Source of the DNA: an uncultured Solirubrobacterales bacterium
Lineage (GTDB): Bacteria; Actinomycetota; Thermoleophilia; Solirubrobacterales; Solirubrobacteraceae
DNA length: 64,000 nt
Reading direction: 5' to 3'
NCBI GenBank assembly: GCA_963751195.1
Contig: CAVVTQ010000002.1
Span: 74,423-138,422, forward strand
Shown in pieces: positions 27,506 through 37,280 of this stretch. Position 1 is the stretch's first letter, and the number at the start of each line of letters is the position of its first letter. The notes under the pieces are model-generated. The model was not told the DNA's origin and ran no database searches. It saw only the letters and a program-made list of their open reading frames with translations. A program made the translations under genes and the position numbers.

Positions 27506-30500
27506 ATATGCTCTATCAACGCTCGAAAAACGCGCCCAGTGAGGTTCACCGCGAGCACGGCAGCGTAGCTCTACGTGCCTCCATCTCAATTCTAGCCTTG
27601 CTTCTAACCTTTGGTCTCCCATTCTCAGCGTCCCCGGCCAGTGCCGCGAGCGAAGCCAAGCCGCTTGAAATCACCAAATTCTCGCTACAGACGACCGGCC
27701 CGACCAAGATAGTGTCGAAGGTGGTGTCGCCTGACGGTATAGCTCCCTTTACTGCATACGAATTTATGAATGAACCAGAAGTGTTTACACAGGCGGGCGG
27801 GCATCCGTGGGCGCTGACGACGACATTCGAGTTCGCAACCGAAGAATCCCTCCGGCCCGGAGCGTCACAGAGTCGGGTTTTCCCGACGCGCGACCCAAAG
27901 GATATCGTCGTGTCACTACCGCCGGGTCTGTTGGGCGATCCACAGGCGGTGCCGCGCTGCCCGCTGGCGGATATTGCCGATTGTCGCTCCTCGACGCAGG
28001 TTGGTGTGTGGAGGGTACGCTGGCATGGTGGGGGCGAATTGCTTGCCCCGATCTATAACGTGGCGCCGGAAGCCGGCCAGTCGGCCGAGTTCGTGCTCCA
28101 AGACGAAATCGACGTCAATGCTGTGCTGACGGCGCACCTGGTTCGTACAGCGCAGGGCTATGGCTTCACCGTAGCGAGCAACAGGATCCCAGAGGTCGAA
28201 CTCTCTCGTGCTGAACTGACGTTCTGGGGCGTGCCGGCTGACCCGAGCCATGACGCGATGCGTGGTCTTATCTGCAGTAGCTTTACAGGCCCCGGTTTGC
28301 CCATAGGCTTGATGCAATGCCAGCGGGAAGTGGGCGGGCAGTCGAGTGGGGTGCCATCGGGTGTGCCGGTAGTGCCGTTTGTGTCAATGCCGACGGATTG
28401 TTCTGCGGGGCCTGCGACGGCGACGCTGCGCGCCGATTCCTGGCAGGAACCGGGACGTGTGGGTGTGAATGGGCAATATCAGGGGTGGGCGGAAGCGCAG
28501 TCGGTGATGCCGGGGGTAACGGGCTGTAACGCGTTGGCGTTTGACCCGGCGATCGAAGTGCAGCCGGATACGTTGCTCGCGGATGAGCCGGTCGGGTTGG
28601 GTGTGAACGTGCAGGTCCCCCAGGTCGAGCAGGCGGCGACAAACGCGACGCCGCATCTGCGTGATGCGGTCGTGACGCTCCCAGAGGGTATGTCGATCAG
28701 CCCGGGTGTCGTGGATGGCATCCAGGCGTGCAATGCGACCGGGCCGGAAGGGATCAACTTCACCGGGCCTGAATCTGAAGAAGCCGGTTCGAACGGAGAA
28801 CTGCAGTTAGCGGCGGGACATTGCCCGGACGCTTCGATCGTGGGTACCGCGGAAGCGATTACGCCGCTGCTGGGCGAACCCGTCAAGGGTCACGTGTACC
28901 TGGCCCGGCCGGGCTGCGGCGGCGCCGGCCAGAATGCGTGCACCGAACAGGACGCGCTCGATGGGAACCTCTACCAGCTGTATCTGGAATTGGGCGGCGA
29001 AGGGGCGTTGGCGAACACGGGTATCAACATCAAGGTTGCGGGCTACACAGACGCGAACCCGGCGACGGGCCAGTTGACGACGAGGTTCTTGGAGAATCCG
29101 CAGGCGCCGTTCAGTGAACTGAAGATCCATTTGAATGGTGGCCCGCGCGCGCCGATCGACAACCCCGCTGTGTGCGGGGCAGCGGTCACGACGGCTGATT
29201 TCACGCCATGGAGCGCCCCGGGCATCACACCCCAGGGCCTGTCTGTGGCGGGCACATCGGATGCGACGCCGTCCTCGTTCTTCGGCGTGGAAGGATGCGC
29301 GAGCCCTCCCGGTTTGCGCCCGGGGTTCAGCGCGGGGACCGTCAGCCCGCAGGCCGGCGCGTTCAGCGCGTTCACGTTGAACCTCTCGCGTCAGGACCGC
29401 GAACAGTTCGTCAAGGGCATCCAGATCCATACCCCGCCGGGCCTGCTGGGGATGCTCTCGAGCGTCCAGCTATGCGGCGAACCCGAAGCGGATGACGGTC
29501 ACTGCCCAGAAGCCTCGAAGATCGGCACCACCAGGGTGGCCTCCGGTGCTGGCTCGCACCCATTTGAAATCACGGGGACCGTCTACTTGACGGGTCCTCA
29601 TGATGGCGCCCCGTTCGGGCTGAGCATCGTCACGCCCGCCGTCGCGGGCCCCTTCAACCTCGGCCTGGTGATTGTCAGGGCACGCATCGACGTGAACCCC
29701 GAAAACTCGACGTTGACGGTCACGACCGACGAAACAGGTCCGTATACGGTGCCGCAGATCCTTGACGGTGTCCCGTTGCGCCTGCAGCGCATCACCGTGA
29801 ACATCGACCGGCCGGGCTTCATGTTCAACCCGACCAGCTGCGCCGCGCAGCAGATCACAGCCGCCGTCTCGGGCTCCCAGAACGCTGTCGCGGACGTCGC
29901 GAGCCCGTTCGCGGCCGCCAGCTGCAAGTCCCTCGCGTTCAAACCACAGTTCGTGGTCTCCACAAGCGCCCACACAAGCCGCGCAGGCGGTGCGAGTCTC
30001 GACGCGAAGCTCTCGTTCCCCCCGGGCGCGGCCGGTAGCGAGGCGAACGTCGCCCGCGTGAAGGTCGATCTCCCCAAGCAGCTGCCGGCCCGCTTGACGA
30101 CGCTACAGAAAGCGTGTACCGCCGCGACATTCGAGTCCAATCCCGCCGGGTGTCCCGCTGCGTCGATCGTGGGGATCGTCAAGGCGAGCACCCCGCTGCT
30201 GCCCGTCGGGCTGACGGGCCCGCTGTACTTCGTCTCCCACGGCGGAGAAGCATTCCCATCGCTGATCGTCGTACTCCAGGGCGACGGTGTACGCGTCGAT
30301 CTAACGGGCTCGACGTTCATCTCAAAGGCCGGGATCACGAGCAGCACGTTCAAGACCGTCCCCGACGTCCCCGTCTCCACTTTCGAGCTGTACCTCCCCC
30401 AGGGCAAGTACTCCGCCCTCGCCGCAAACGGCAACCTCTGCACGTCAAAGCTCGCGATGCCGACCTCATTCCTCGCACAAAACGGCGCCGAACTTCACGA

Positions 30501-30618
30501 GACGACAAAGATCGCCGTCACGGGCTGCCCCAAGGCCAAGAGGGCGAGAGCTAAGAAGCGAAAGAAGCTCAAAGCGAAGAAAGCAAATACGACCGATCAC
30601 GGGAGGACGAGCAAATGA
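27502..30618 (+). CDS. large secreted Cys/Pro/Gly-rich beta protein with three internal repeats and a basic tail
   Basis: 1038 aa; signal peptide ending ASA; repeated V-x-LP-x-G...CP-x-xS-x-xG...G-x-VY units; GTGA overlap. Confidence 0.85.
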   Translation: MNMLYQRSKNAPSEVHREHGSVALRASISILALLLTFGLPFSASPASAASEAKPLEITKFSLQTTGPTKIVSKVVSPDGIAPFTAYEFMNEPEVFTQAGGHPWALTTTFEFATEESLRPGASQSRVFPTRDPKDIVVSLPPGLLGDPQAVPRCPLADIADCRSSTQVGVWRVRWHGGGELLAPIYNVAPEAGQSAEFVLQDEIDVNAVLTAHLVRTAQGYGFTVASNRIPEVELSRAELTFWGVPADPSHDAMRGLICSSFTGPGLPIGLMQCQREVGGQSSGVPSGVPVVPFVSMPTDCSAGPATATLRADSWQEPGRVGVNGQYQGWAEAQSVMPGVTGCNALAFDPAIEVQPDTLLADEPVGLGVNVQVPQVEQAATNATPHLRDAVVTLPEGMSISPGVVDGIQACNATGPEGINFTGPESEEAGSNGELQLAAGHCPDASIVGTAEAITPLLGEPVKGHVYLARPGCGGAGQNACTEQDALDGNLYQLYLELGGEGALANTGINIKVAGYTDANPATGQLTTRFLENPQAPFSELKIHLNGGPRAPIDNPAVCGAAVTTADFTPWSAPGITPQGLSVAGTSDATPSSFFGVEGCASPPGLRPGFSAGTVSPQAGAFSAFTLNLSRQDREQFVKGIQIHTPPGLLGMLSSVQLCGEPEADDGHCPEASKIGTTRVASGAGSHPFEITGTVYLTGPHDGAPFGLSIVTPAVAGPFNLGLVIVRARIDVNPENSTLTVTTDETGPYTVPQILDGVPLRLQRITVNIDRPGFMFNPTSCAAQQITAAVSGSQNAVADVASPFAAASCKSLAFKPQFVVSTSAHTSRAGGASLDAKLSFPPGAAGSEANVARVKVDLPKQLPARLTTLQKACTAATFESNPAGCPAASIVGIVKASTPLLPVGLTGPLYFVSHGGEAFPSLIVVLQGDGVRVDLTGSTFISKAGITSSTFKTVPDVPVSTFELYLPQGKYSALAANGNLCTSKLAMPTSFLAQNGAELHETTKIAVTGCPKAKRARAKKRKKLKAKKANTTDHGRTSK

Positions 30619-33176
30619 CCGCCAACCCGACGAGCAGGGCTCTCTCGCTTGCCGCCGTGGCAGCCACGGTCGCGATGCTGATCAGCGCGGCTGGTGCACC
30701 CGGCGCGCAGGCGGCCGAAGCGCCGGTCAAACAGGTGCTCTCGGCCCACATCGGCTGGGAAGTCAACGACACCACCCACGGGAATACCTGCACCGTAGAA
30801 TCCAAAAACAGATGCCAGCCAGGCACGCAGAGCAGCGAACCGGGCGGGTTCGCTGACCCCGCAAGTGTTGCGGGCGCGCCCGACGGCAACGTGTACGTCG
30901 CGGAGGTGGGCAACAGTCGCATTCAGGAGCTCACGCCGAACGGGGAATTCGTGTTGATGTTCGGCGAGGACGTCAACGAAACAACCGGGGGTAACGTCTG
31001 CACGGAGGCAGAAATCGAAACGGCCCACGTCAAGTGCAAGGCCGGCCGCGAAGGGGTCGCCCCCGGACAGTTCGGAGGCCAAATACAAAGTATCGCAGTC
31101 GATTCTGGAAGTGGGAATGTCTACGTCGCGGAAATTACCCCCGGACTTGGTGACCGTGTACAGGCATTCACCGCAAATGGCCAGTTCGTGCTGGAGATCG
31201 GCAGGAATGTAAACGAAAAAACCAAAGGTAACCTCTGCACACAGGAGGAAGTCGAAAAAGAAGGTGTGAAATGTACGTCCCCGGGTCTGGGGAGCGAACC
31301 GGGCGCCTTCGACTTTCAGTCATCCGGGGGGGACATGCTCGCTATAGGTGGCCCCGAAGACCTGTTGTATGTCGGCGACGAACACCGGGTGCAGGAGTTC
31401 AGTACGTCCACAGGGATGTACGTGGGCGAAATCCCGCTCACGTCGATCTCCTCCAAACCGAACAGCGATGTGTCGGCGCTCGCTGTTGACAAAACCGGCG
31501 ATGTCTATCTCGTCTATCACATCAAGGAAGGGGATCGTGTACTCAGTGAAGCCTTGAACGTAATCCGCGAGTTCAGTCCGGCCGGCATGGAAATCACGCG
31601 CTTCGAATTGACTCCCAGGGAAACAAATGCAACTGAGATAGAACCAATCATAATCCAGGCGATTGCCCTCGACCCCGCTGGCCGACTTGCGGTAACCGAA
31701 AGTGAACTGGGAGTAACGGAAGATATCCATTCGTTTGCTGTGTCTCGCGGCTCCCTCTACGAAGTCGGTACAACAAGCCTGCATCTAATCACGGAATTCA
31801 CCTACGAATTCTCCTTTTTGAACCTCGGCCTGGTCTTCACTGTTGCAGGCCATGATATAACGTTCAACAGCAAAGGCGAATTGTATGTCGTCGCCGGTTA
31901 TGAAGTCATCGCGTATCTTCCGCTGCCGGTCGGGGGGCTTCTGACTAGTCCCGCGACGTGTCAGGTGGGGACGGAAAGCCAAACGGATGCCACACTGGAC
32001 TGCGCCCTCAATGGCGAAGTTGATCTATGGGGCGTCAGGGAAACGCAGGTGTCGTTTCAGTGGGGTCGGACCTTGTCGTTCGGTGAAAAGACCAAGTCGC
32101 AACCGATCGCCAATGTGAAGAGCGCAGGCGAAGAAGAACCGCTCGTGAAGGTGAGCGCCTCGATCGAAGGGTTGCGGCCAAACGAAGCGGTCAACTACCG
32201 GCTCTCGGGCGAAGACGAGAACGTCAAGGCGCCCGAACTGCTGACGGGCGCGACTGTGTCGTTCGACACGCCGGTCGTGGCGCCAAGGATCGTGGGCGAA
32301 CCGAGCACGTCTCACGCCGGGTTTTCCACGGCGGTGCTGTTTGCCGAGCTGAATCCGGAGAACGCAAGCACCGCCTACGAGTTTCAGTACGGGCCCTGCG
32401 AAAACCTTGCATCTTGCCCGGGGGCGCTGGAGACGCCGGGCGTGGAGTCCTCCACGTATGGGGCGATCGGCACGACCGTGGAAACCAGCGGACTGCAGCC
32501 TGATACCACGTATCGCTTCCGTCTGCTGGCCAACAACGAACGCCAGGTCAATGGCATGACCGAAGGCGGTGAAGCGACGGGCAGCGTGGGCTCGTTTACC
32601 ACGGCGCCGGCGCCCGTCGTGCAAGCGGCGACGGACGCCGCGAGTGCGGTAACGTCCGCCGGCGCGGTCCTTGCGGGCACGGTCAACCCCGATGGCCAGG
32701 CAGCCGCGTACACGTTTGAACTCGGTGTGTACAACGGTGCGAACACGCAGTTCGGGATCGTGTTCTCCGGGCCGGCGGGTGCGGGCACGACACCCGTCGA
32801 GAAGACGCTCGCGCTTGCTGGCCTACAGCCGGGCACCGAGTACGCCTACCGGATCGCGGCGCATAGCGGCGACGGGAGCGCGGCGGGCGAGGCGGCGGCC
32901 GGCGCGACGCTGACGTTTACGACCCAGGGGCTGCCGTCGTTGCTGGTCTCGCCCACGCCACTGGCGATGCTGGCGGTGCCGGCTATCGCGTTCCCCGAGC
33001 CGGCCGCCGCGACCGTCGTCAAGACCACCACGAAGAGGCTGACGAACGCTCAGAAGCTTGCGAAGGCGCTGACGGCCTGCAAACGGACGTCCGAGCAGCA
33101 GCGTGCGGCCTGTGAGAAGCAGGCCCGCAGTAAGTACGCGAAGTCCAAGCAGGCCAACGACAGGAAGAAAGGGTAA
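30615..33176 (+). CDS. secreted NHL-repeat and fibronectin type III-like protein with a basic Cys-containing tail
   Basis: GNVYVAE..RIQE and similar NHL repeats; GLRPNE, GLQPDTTYRFRL and GLQPGTEYAYRI FN3 motifs; ATGA overlap. Confidence 0.85.
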   Translation: MTANPTSRALSLAAVAATVAMLISAAGAPGAQAAEAPVKQVLSAHIGWEVNDTTHGNTCTVESKNRCQPGTQSSEPGGFADPASVAGAPDGNVYVAEVGNSRIQELTPNGEFVLMFGEDVNETTGGNVCTEAEIETAHVKCKAGREGVAPGQFGGQIQSIAVDSGSGNVYVAEITPGLGDRVQAFTANGQFVLEIGRNVNEKTKGNLCTQEEVEKEGVKCTSPGLGSEPGAFDFQSSGGDMLAIGGPEDLLYVGDEHRVQEFSTSTGMYVGEIPLTSISSKPNSDVSALAVDKTGDVYLVYHIKEGDRVLSEALNVIREFSPAGMEITRFELTPRETNATEIEPIIIQAIALDPAGRLAVTESELGVTEDIHSFAVSRGSLYEVGTTSLHLITEFTYEFSFLNLGLVFTVAGHDITFNSKGELYVVAGYEVIAYLPLPVGGLLTSPATCQVGTESQTDATLDCALNGEVDLWGVRETQVSFQWGRTLSFGEKTKSQPIANVKSAGEEEPLVKVSASIEGLRPNEAVNYRLSGEDENVKAPELLTGATVSFDTPVVAPRIVGEPSTSHAGFSTAVLFAELNPENASTAYEFQYGPCENLASCPGALETPGVESSTYGAIGTTVETSGLQPDTTYRFRLLANNERQVNGMTEGGEATGSVGSFTTAPAPVVQAATDAASAVTSAGAVLAGTVNPDGQAAAYTFELGVYNGANTQFGIVFSGPAGAGTTPVEKTLALAGLQPGTEYAYRIAAHSGDGSAAGEAAAGATLTFTTQGLPSLLVSPTPLAMLAVPAIAFPEPAAATVVKTTTKRLTNAQKLAKALTACKRTSEQQRAACEKQARSKYAKSKQANDRKKG

Positions 33177-33181
33177 CCCTG

Positions 33182-33976
33182 ATGTTCTCAATGATACGTA
33201 GAGGCTTTACTTACGCGAATGTGGCGCTGACGCTCGCGCTCGTGTTTGCGATGAGCGGCGGTGCCTATGCCGCAAGCAAGTACGTGATTACCTCTACTAG
33301 GCAGATCAGCCCGAAGGTGCTGAAGTCCCTGAAGGGCGCTGACGGTAGGAGCGGAGCGAACGGTGCGCCGGGAGCAACCGGCCCAGCAGGTCCTACGGGC
33401 GCGACCGGCAACACCGGCGCCACCGGCAACACAGGCGCGACCGGCAACAACGGAGCCAACGGCGAAAGCGTCACCAACACAAAAGTCGAAACGAGCAGCG
33501 CCACATGTAAACATTTGGGCGGAGCCGAATTCACGGTTGGCGCCACCAAAACAACCGCCTGCAACGGCAATGCCGCCGAACTCCCCGAAACGCTCCCCTC
33601 GGGAAAGACCCTCAAGGGCATGTGGGCCGCGGGCGGGGGCGGTCTTGGGCTCGGGGCAAAGACTATTGACGTCTTGTCAACTGCCGTCAGTTTCACCCTC
33701 CGCGTCGAAAACGGGGCAGGTGAAGGACCCCTAAAACGGTACATCAAGGAAGACGAAGCCGACCCCGAAGGCTGCGCCGGCAACGCAGAAGATCCCGAAG
33801 CCAAACCCGGCTACCTCTGCGTCTTCGCGATCCGCGAACTCAACGTACACGTGGGCGAAGGAGAGTTCGGGGTACAATTCAACTCCACCCCACTCGGATT
33901 CACACTCTCCGGGTTCTCGGGCGAAACCGAAGAAGGCGCCGAACTCACCGGCACCTGGGCGGTGACCGCCGAATAG
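33182..33976 (+). CDS. secreted collagen-like (Gly-X-Y) protein
   Basis: TYANV..GGAYAA signal region, about 14 GXY triplets and a globular C-terminal domain. Confidence 0.85.
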   Translation: MFSMIRRGFTYANVALTLALVFAMSGGAYAASKYVITSTRQISPKVLKSLKGADGRSGANGAPGATGPAGPTGATGNTGATGNTGATGNNGANGESVTNTKVETSSATCKHLGGAEFTVGATKTTACNGNAAELPETLPSGKTLKGMWAAGGGGLGLGAKTIDVLSTAVSFTLRVENGAGEGPLKRYIKEDEADPEGCAGNAEDPEAKPGYLCVFAIRELNVHVGEGEFGVQFNSTPLGFTLSGFSGETEEGAELTGTWAVTAE

Positions 33977-34165
33977 CCAACGAAGACACGGTCTTGGGCG
34001 TTGCCCGTCACCCTATCTGTGGGTGGCGCCTAGGACCGTCGTCGTGCCGGTGGGGACGGCTTGTGCGGTTGGGGCTTGACAGTTGGCCTGGGTGCGTAGG
34101 GTCGCTGAACGTGCGGATGGGGCGAGCCTGAAAGTGAAGCTCACATTCCCGAAACAAGCCAGTCG

Positions 34166-34546
34166 CTACTTGGGAGCGCGGACGTCGATCTCCTCGGCGA
34201 GGATCTCGAAATCCTTGATGTTGTAGGTCAGTAGTGGCACGCCATGAACGTTGGCGGTCGCGGCGATCGCTAGGTCGAATGCTCGCCGCCGGGGCTGGCC
34301 GCCGCGCTTAGCGACGAGTGCGTAGAGCCGCCCACACTCTCGCGCGGCGTCGGCGTCGAATGGTAGAGCATCGAAGTGATCCTCGATGGCGCCAAGACGG
34401 CGCATCCGCAGCGCACGCGTCTCATCATCACGAGCGACGAGGACACCGAAGTGCAGCTCGGTCAGGGAAACCACGCTGATTGCTGCGTAATCTTCGGGAC
34501 CTGTCTCGGCGCCGATCAGGACAGAGGTGTCGAGCAGGACGGCCAC
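34166..34546 (-). CDS. VapC-family PIN-domain toxin
   Basis: LLDTSVLI, FDLAIAATA and LLTYN..DF motifs. Confidence 0.9.
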   Translation of the reverse strand: MAVLLDTSVLIGAETGPEDYAAISVVSLTELHFGVLVARDDETRALRMRRLGAIEDHFDALPFDADAARECGRLYALVAKRGGQPRRRAFDLAIAATANVHGVPLLTYNIKDFEILAEEIDVRAPK

Positions 34547-34549
34547 TCG

Positions 34550-34795
34550 CTACGTGGCCCACGGGTCTGTGAGCTCGCCGCTGAGCCTCGCCAGATCCTG
34601 GTCGAGCGTCAAGTCGGGTGGTGCGTTCCACAGGTCGGCCAGCTGACTGCTTGGCACCCACTGCCGGGCGCGGATCGGACCGAGCTGTGCGACGGGGCGT
34701 CCGGAGACGGTGATCGTGATGTGCTCGCCCGCCTCTGCTCGCCGCAGAACCTCGCCGACATGGTTGCGTAGCTCCTTCTGAGGAATCGTTGCCAT
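34550..34795 (-). CDS. Phd/YefM-family antitoxin
   Basis: ELRNHVGEVLRRAEAGEHITITVSGRPVAQL. Confidence 0.9.
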   Translation of the reverse strand: MATIPQKELRNHVGEVLRRAEAGEHITITVSGRPVAQLGPIRARQWVPSSQLADLWNAPPDLTLDQDLARLSGELTDPWAT

Positions 34796-34888
34796 CAGGC
34801 AGAGAGTAGCAGTAGTGCTACCCACGGGGTAGTTCTCGTCAAGCTCGGCCGCTGCTGGCCGATCTCTGATCGGTCGTGACCTTCGATC

Positions 34889-35332
34889 TTGGGCTTCTCT
34901 CCCGCGCTGGGTGATGCTCCGACGGGCCGTGATGTTGGGCATAGCGGAGCGGACGATGCGGGCCGCATCAACGACAAGCTGTACCGCAACGGTCTACTCG
35001 CGCGTTGGCCGATCGTGCTCAGGGACGCACCGAGGGGTGCGCTGCCGTACCTGTACTCGCTGACCCGATACGGCCTCGAAGTCGCCCAAGCCCGCCAGCC
35101 GCCAGCAGTGCCGCCTACCCGCGAGTTCCGTCAGCTCGAGGTCGAGAAGGATGCGCGGATCCGCCACGATCTGCACATGCTCGCATGGGTGATCGAGCTG
35201 CACCGCCTGCCACCGGACACCGGTGAGGCGCTCGACGGGACGCGGAGCCTGGCGCTGTCCAGAGTGCTGCTGTTCGACGAGCGCATCATCCGCGCCGGCC
35301 AGAGCACCGTGGGCGCCGCTCGCGCGATCTAG
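34889..35332 (+). pseudogene. fragment of a replication-relaxation (Replic_Relax)-like protein
   Basis: LYRNGLLAR..PYLYSLTRYG..IRHDL pattern; similarity is lost after the HDL helix. Confidence 0.5.
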
Positions 35333-35534
35333 GAGGGCGCGCCTTGGACCCGCCGGCGCCGGTAGTTGCCCGCGAGATTGGCTTATAGACATCAGTGTCC
35401 GAAAAGCTCAAGGGTCCGAGAATGGCTTGGATAGAGGGGGTGTTGGTGCTCGGGCGTGGTCTTGAACGGCCCCACGTGGTGCGTCCCTGCGCTTGAGCAG
35501 GCCGGCCGATCTCACCGCGCGGGCGGGTGAGGCT

Positions 35535-35948
35535 CTACGGCAGGAGCTGCAGCGCGTCCGCGTGTGCGGGGCGCAGCATGGCGAAGTGTCGGTGGTCGAG
35601 TGTGGCCAGCCTGGTCTCGCCGAGTCGCTCCACGAGTGCGAGGACGCTGGCGTCGACCACTCCCAGCGAGTGCTCGCGGTATTGCGTCTGGAGCTCGCGG
35701 CAGCGGGTGAGGTCGGCCGGCGTGGGGGTCTCAGCTCGGTAGGCGCCCGCAAGCAGGTCGTCCAGGAAGGTGAGCCAGGCGTCGGCGCCGAGGCGCTGGT
35801 GGCACCAGTAGTCGAGCTCGGCGAGCACGAGCATCGGGATGACGCGGTCCTCGTGGGTCTCGCCGATCAGCGTGGCGCAGCGGGGGTGATCGGGGTCGGC
35901 CGCGTCGAGTGCGGCGAGCAGCGGCCCGGTATCGAGCACCAGCGCCAT
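35535..35948 (-). CDS. PIN-domain (VapC-like) toxin
   Basis: VLDTGPL, VDASVLALVERL and TLDHRHF motifs. Confidence 0.9.
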   Translation of the reverse strand: MALVLDTGPLLAALDAADPDHPRCATLIGETHEDRVIPMLVLAELDYWCHQRLGADAWLTFLDDLLAGAYRAETPTPADLTRCRELQTQYREHSLGVVDASVLALVERLGETRLATLDHRHFAMLRPAHADALQLLP

Positions 35949-36200
35949 CTACGACGGTGGCTGCGCGATCGGCTGCGCGGTCACCTCGGCGGCGGAGCGG
36001 CCGTCCGTGGACCGGGCGATCCCCAGGCGGGGGCGACGCGCGGCGTGCAGGGCGCCGGCCTTCTCATCGATCGCCTCGGCGAGTACCGCGGTCAGCGCGA
36101 CGCCGCGCCGGCGGGCCTCGGCCTCGAGCGTGTCGAGCGATGAGCGCTTGGCGGCGACGGTCGTGCGCCTTACCGCCGCGGATGTGGAGGGACCATTCAT
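35949..36200 (-). CDS. probable ribbon-helix-helix antitoxin
   Basis: RRTTV..LEAEARRRGV..AEAI; stop codon abuts the toxin ATG. Confidence 0.75.
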   Translation of the reverse strand: MNGPSTSAAVRRTTVAAKRSSLDTLEAEARRRGVALTAVLAEAIDEKAGALHAARRPRLGIARSTDGRSAAEVTAQPIAQPPS

Positions 36201-36363
36201 GATGCCTGATTCTAGCATCAGGCCTCGTTGGGAGGCGGAGCCAGTGCTCGAGAAGAAGACCAGCCGCGGACACATCCACGGAAGGAACGCGCGCCGCGGA
36301 AGAAGATAATAGGATCGTGTTCGTGAGGCGAGAGGGGTCCACGAGCCGACGGGGCAGAGGTCG

Positions 36364-37095
36364 ATGAGACGCGGGCGAATGGTGACGCCGCTGCTCGCCG
36401 CGGCCCTCGTGGCGGTCGGCCTCGCGGCGTGCGGGGGTGGCGGTTCGAGCCCCTCGACGCAGGCAGCAAGCGCGGTGACGACCTCGACCGCCACGACCGC
36501 CGCCACGACCCCGACCACGTCGACCGCTACGACCCCGGCGACGACCTCGACCGCGACGACGCCCACGGCCACCACCAAGCCGGCCGAAACGACGCCGCGC
36601 CCATCCACGACTTCGACCTCCCCTTCCAGCGGCTCCGGCGCCGGCGCCGCTGGCTTCCGAGCACCCAGCGGGGACAACAGCATCCCCGACTACGGCAGCG
36701 AAGCGCCCCCCAGCGAACGGGAACGCGCGGCCACGGCGCTCGCCGCCTTCCTGCGGGCTCGCGCCAACGGCGAATGGGCGGCGGCCTGCACCTATCTCGC
36801 GGCGACCACTCGCACGCAGTTCGAACGGCTCCTCGGGGGGCCCAAGGCGAAGGCCGGCGGCTGCGCGCGGGTTCTCGCCGAGCTCTCCAAGAGCACCGCG
36901 GCCCACGCCGAAACCCTCACCCTCACCGCCGGCGTCGCCGCCCTGCGGATCAAGGGCGCGAGCGCCTTCGCCCTCTTCCACGGACCCAAGGGCAGCAAGT
37001 ACGTGATGCCGATGCGCAGCGAAGGTGGCGCCTGGAAGATGAGCCAACTCGAGCCGCTCCCCTACCCGCTTGGGTCGGCCGGCGCCACGCCGTAG
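36364..37095 (+). CDS. lipoprotein with a Thr-rich linker
   Basis: Lipobox LAAC-GGG, Thr/Pro linker and a small C-terminal domain. Confidence 0.8.
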   Translation: MRRGRMVTPLLAAALVAVGLAACGGGGSSPSTQAASAVTTSTATTAATTPTTSTATTPATTSTATTPTATTKPAETTPRPSTTSTSPSSGSGAGAAGFRAPSGDNSIPDYGSEAPPSERERAATALAAFLRARANGEWAAACTYLAATTRTQFERLLGGPKAKAGGCARVLAELSKSTAAHAETLTLTAGVAALRIKGASAFALFHGPKGSKYVMPMRSEGGAWKMSQLEPLPYPLGSAGATP

Positions 37096-37166
37096 GATCG
37101 GCTGTCTGCGGAAGCGGCCGCTTACGCCCCACCGAGTCGCTTCAGATCCTCGAGGTCTGGAGTCCG

Positions 37167-37198
37167 GAATCGACCAGCATCCCCGTTTCGGCCAGCGC
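37167..37198 (-). repeat. REP-like repeat, family C copy
   Basis: Reverse complement of TGGCCGAAACGGGGATGCTGGTCGATTC, shared with 55535-55562. Confidence 0.8.
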
Positions 37199-37280
37199 CC
37201 ACGCGCCAGTGGACGCGCGCACCTGCGCGGATGATCCCCAGTACAACCCGATCGGGATGCAGCCGCTCTAGGCTTCGCGG

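Noticed and set aside
33182-33275. class III (pilin) signal peptide, RRG-FTYAN
   Set aside because: Lacks Glu at +5 and has a standard AYA signal peptidase I site; PilT is 16 kb away and unlinked.
25238-33976. prophage tail region (collagen, large beta proteins)
   Set aside because: All four proteins have Sec signal peptides, and there is no integrase, terminase, capsid or lysis gene.
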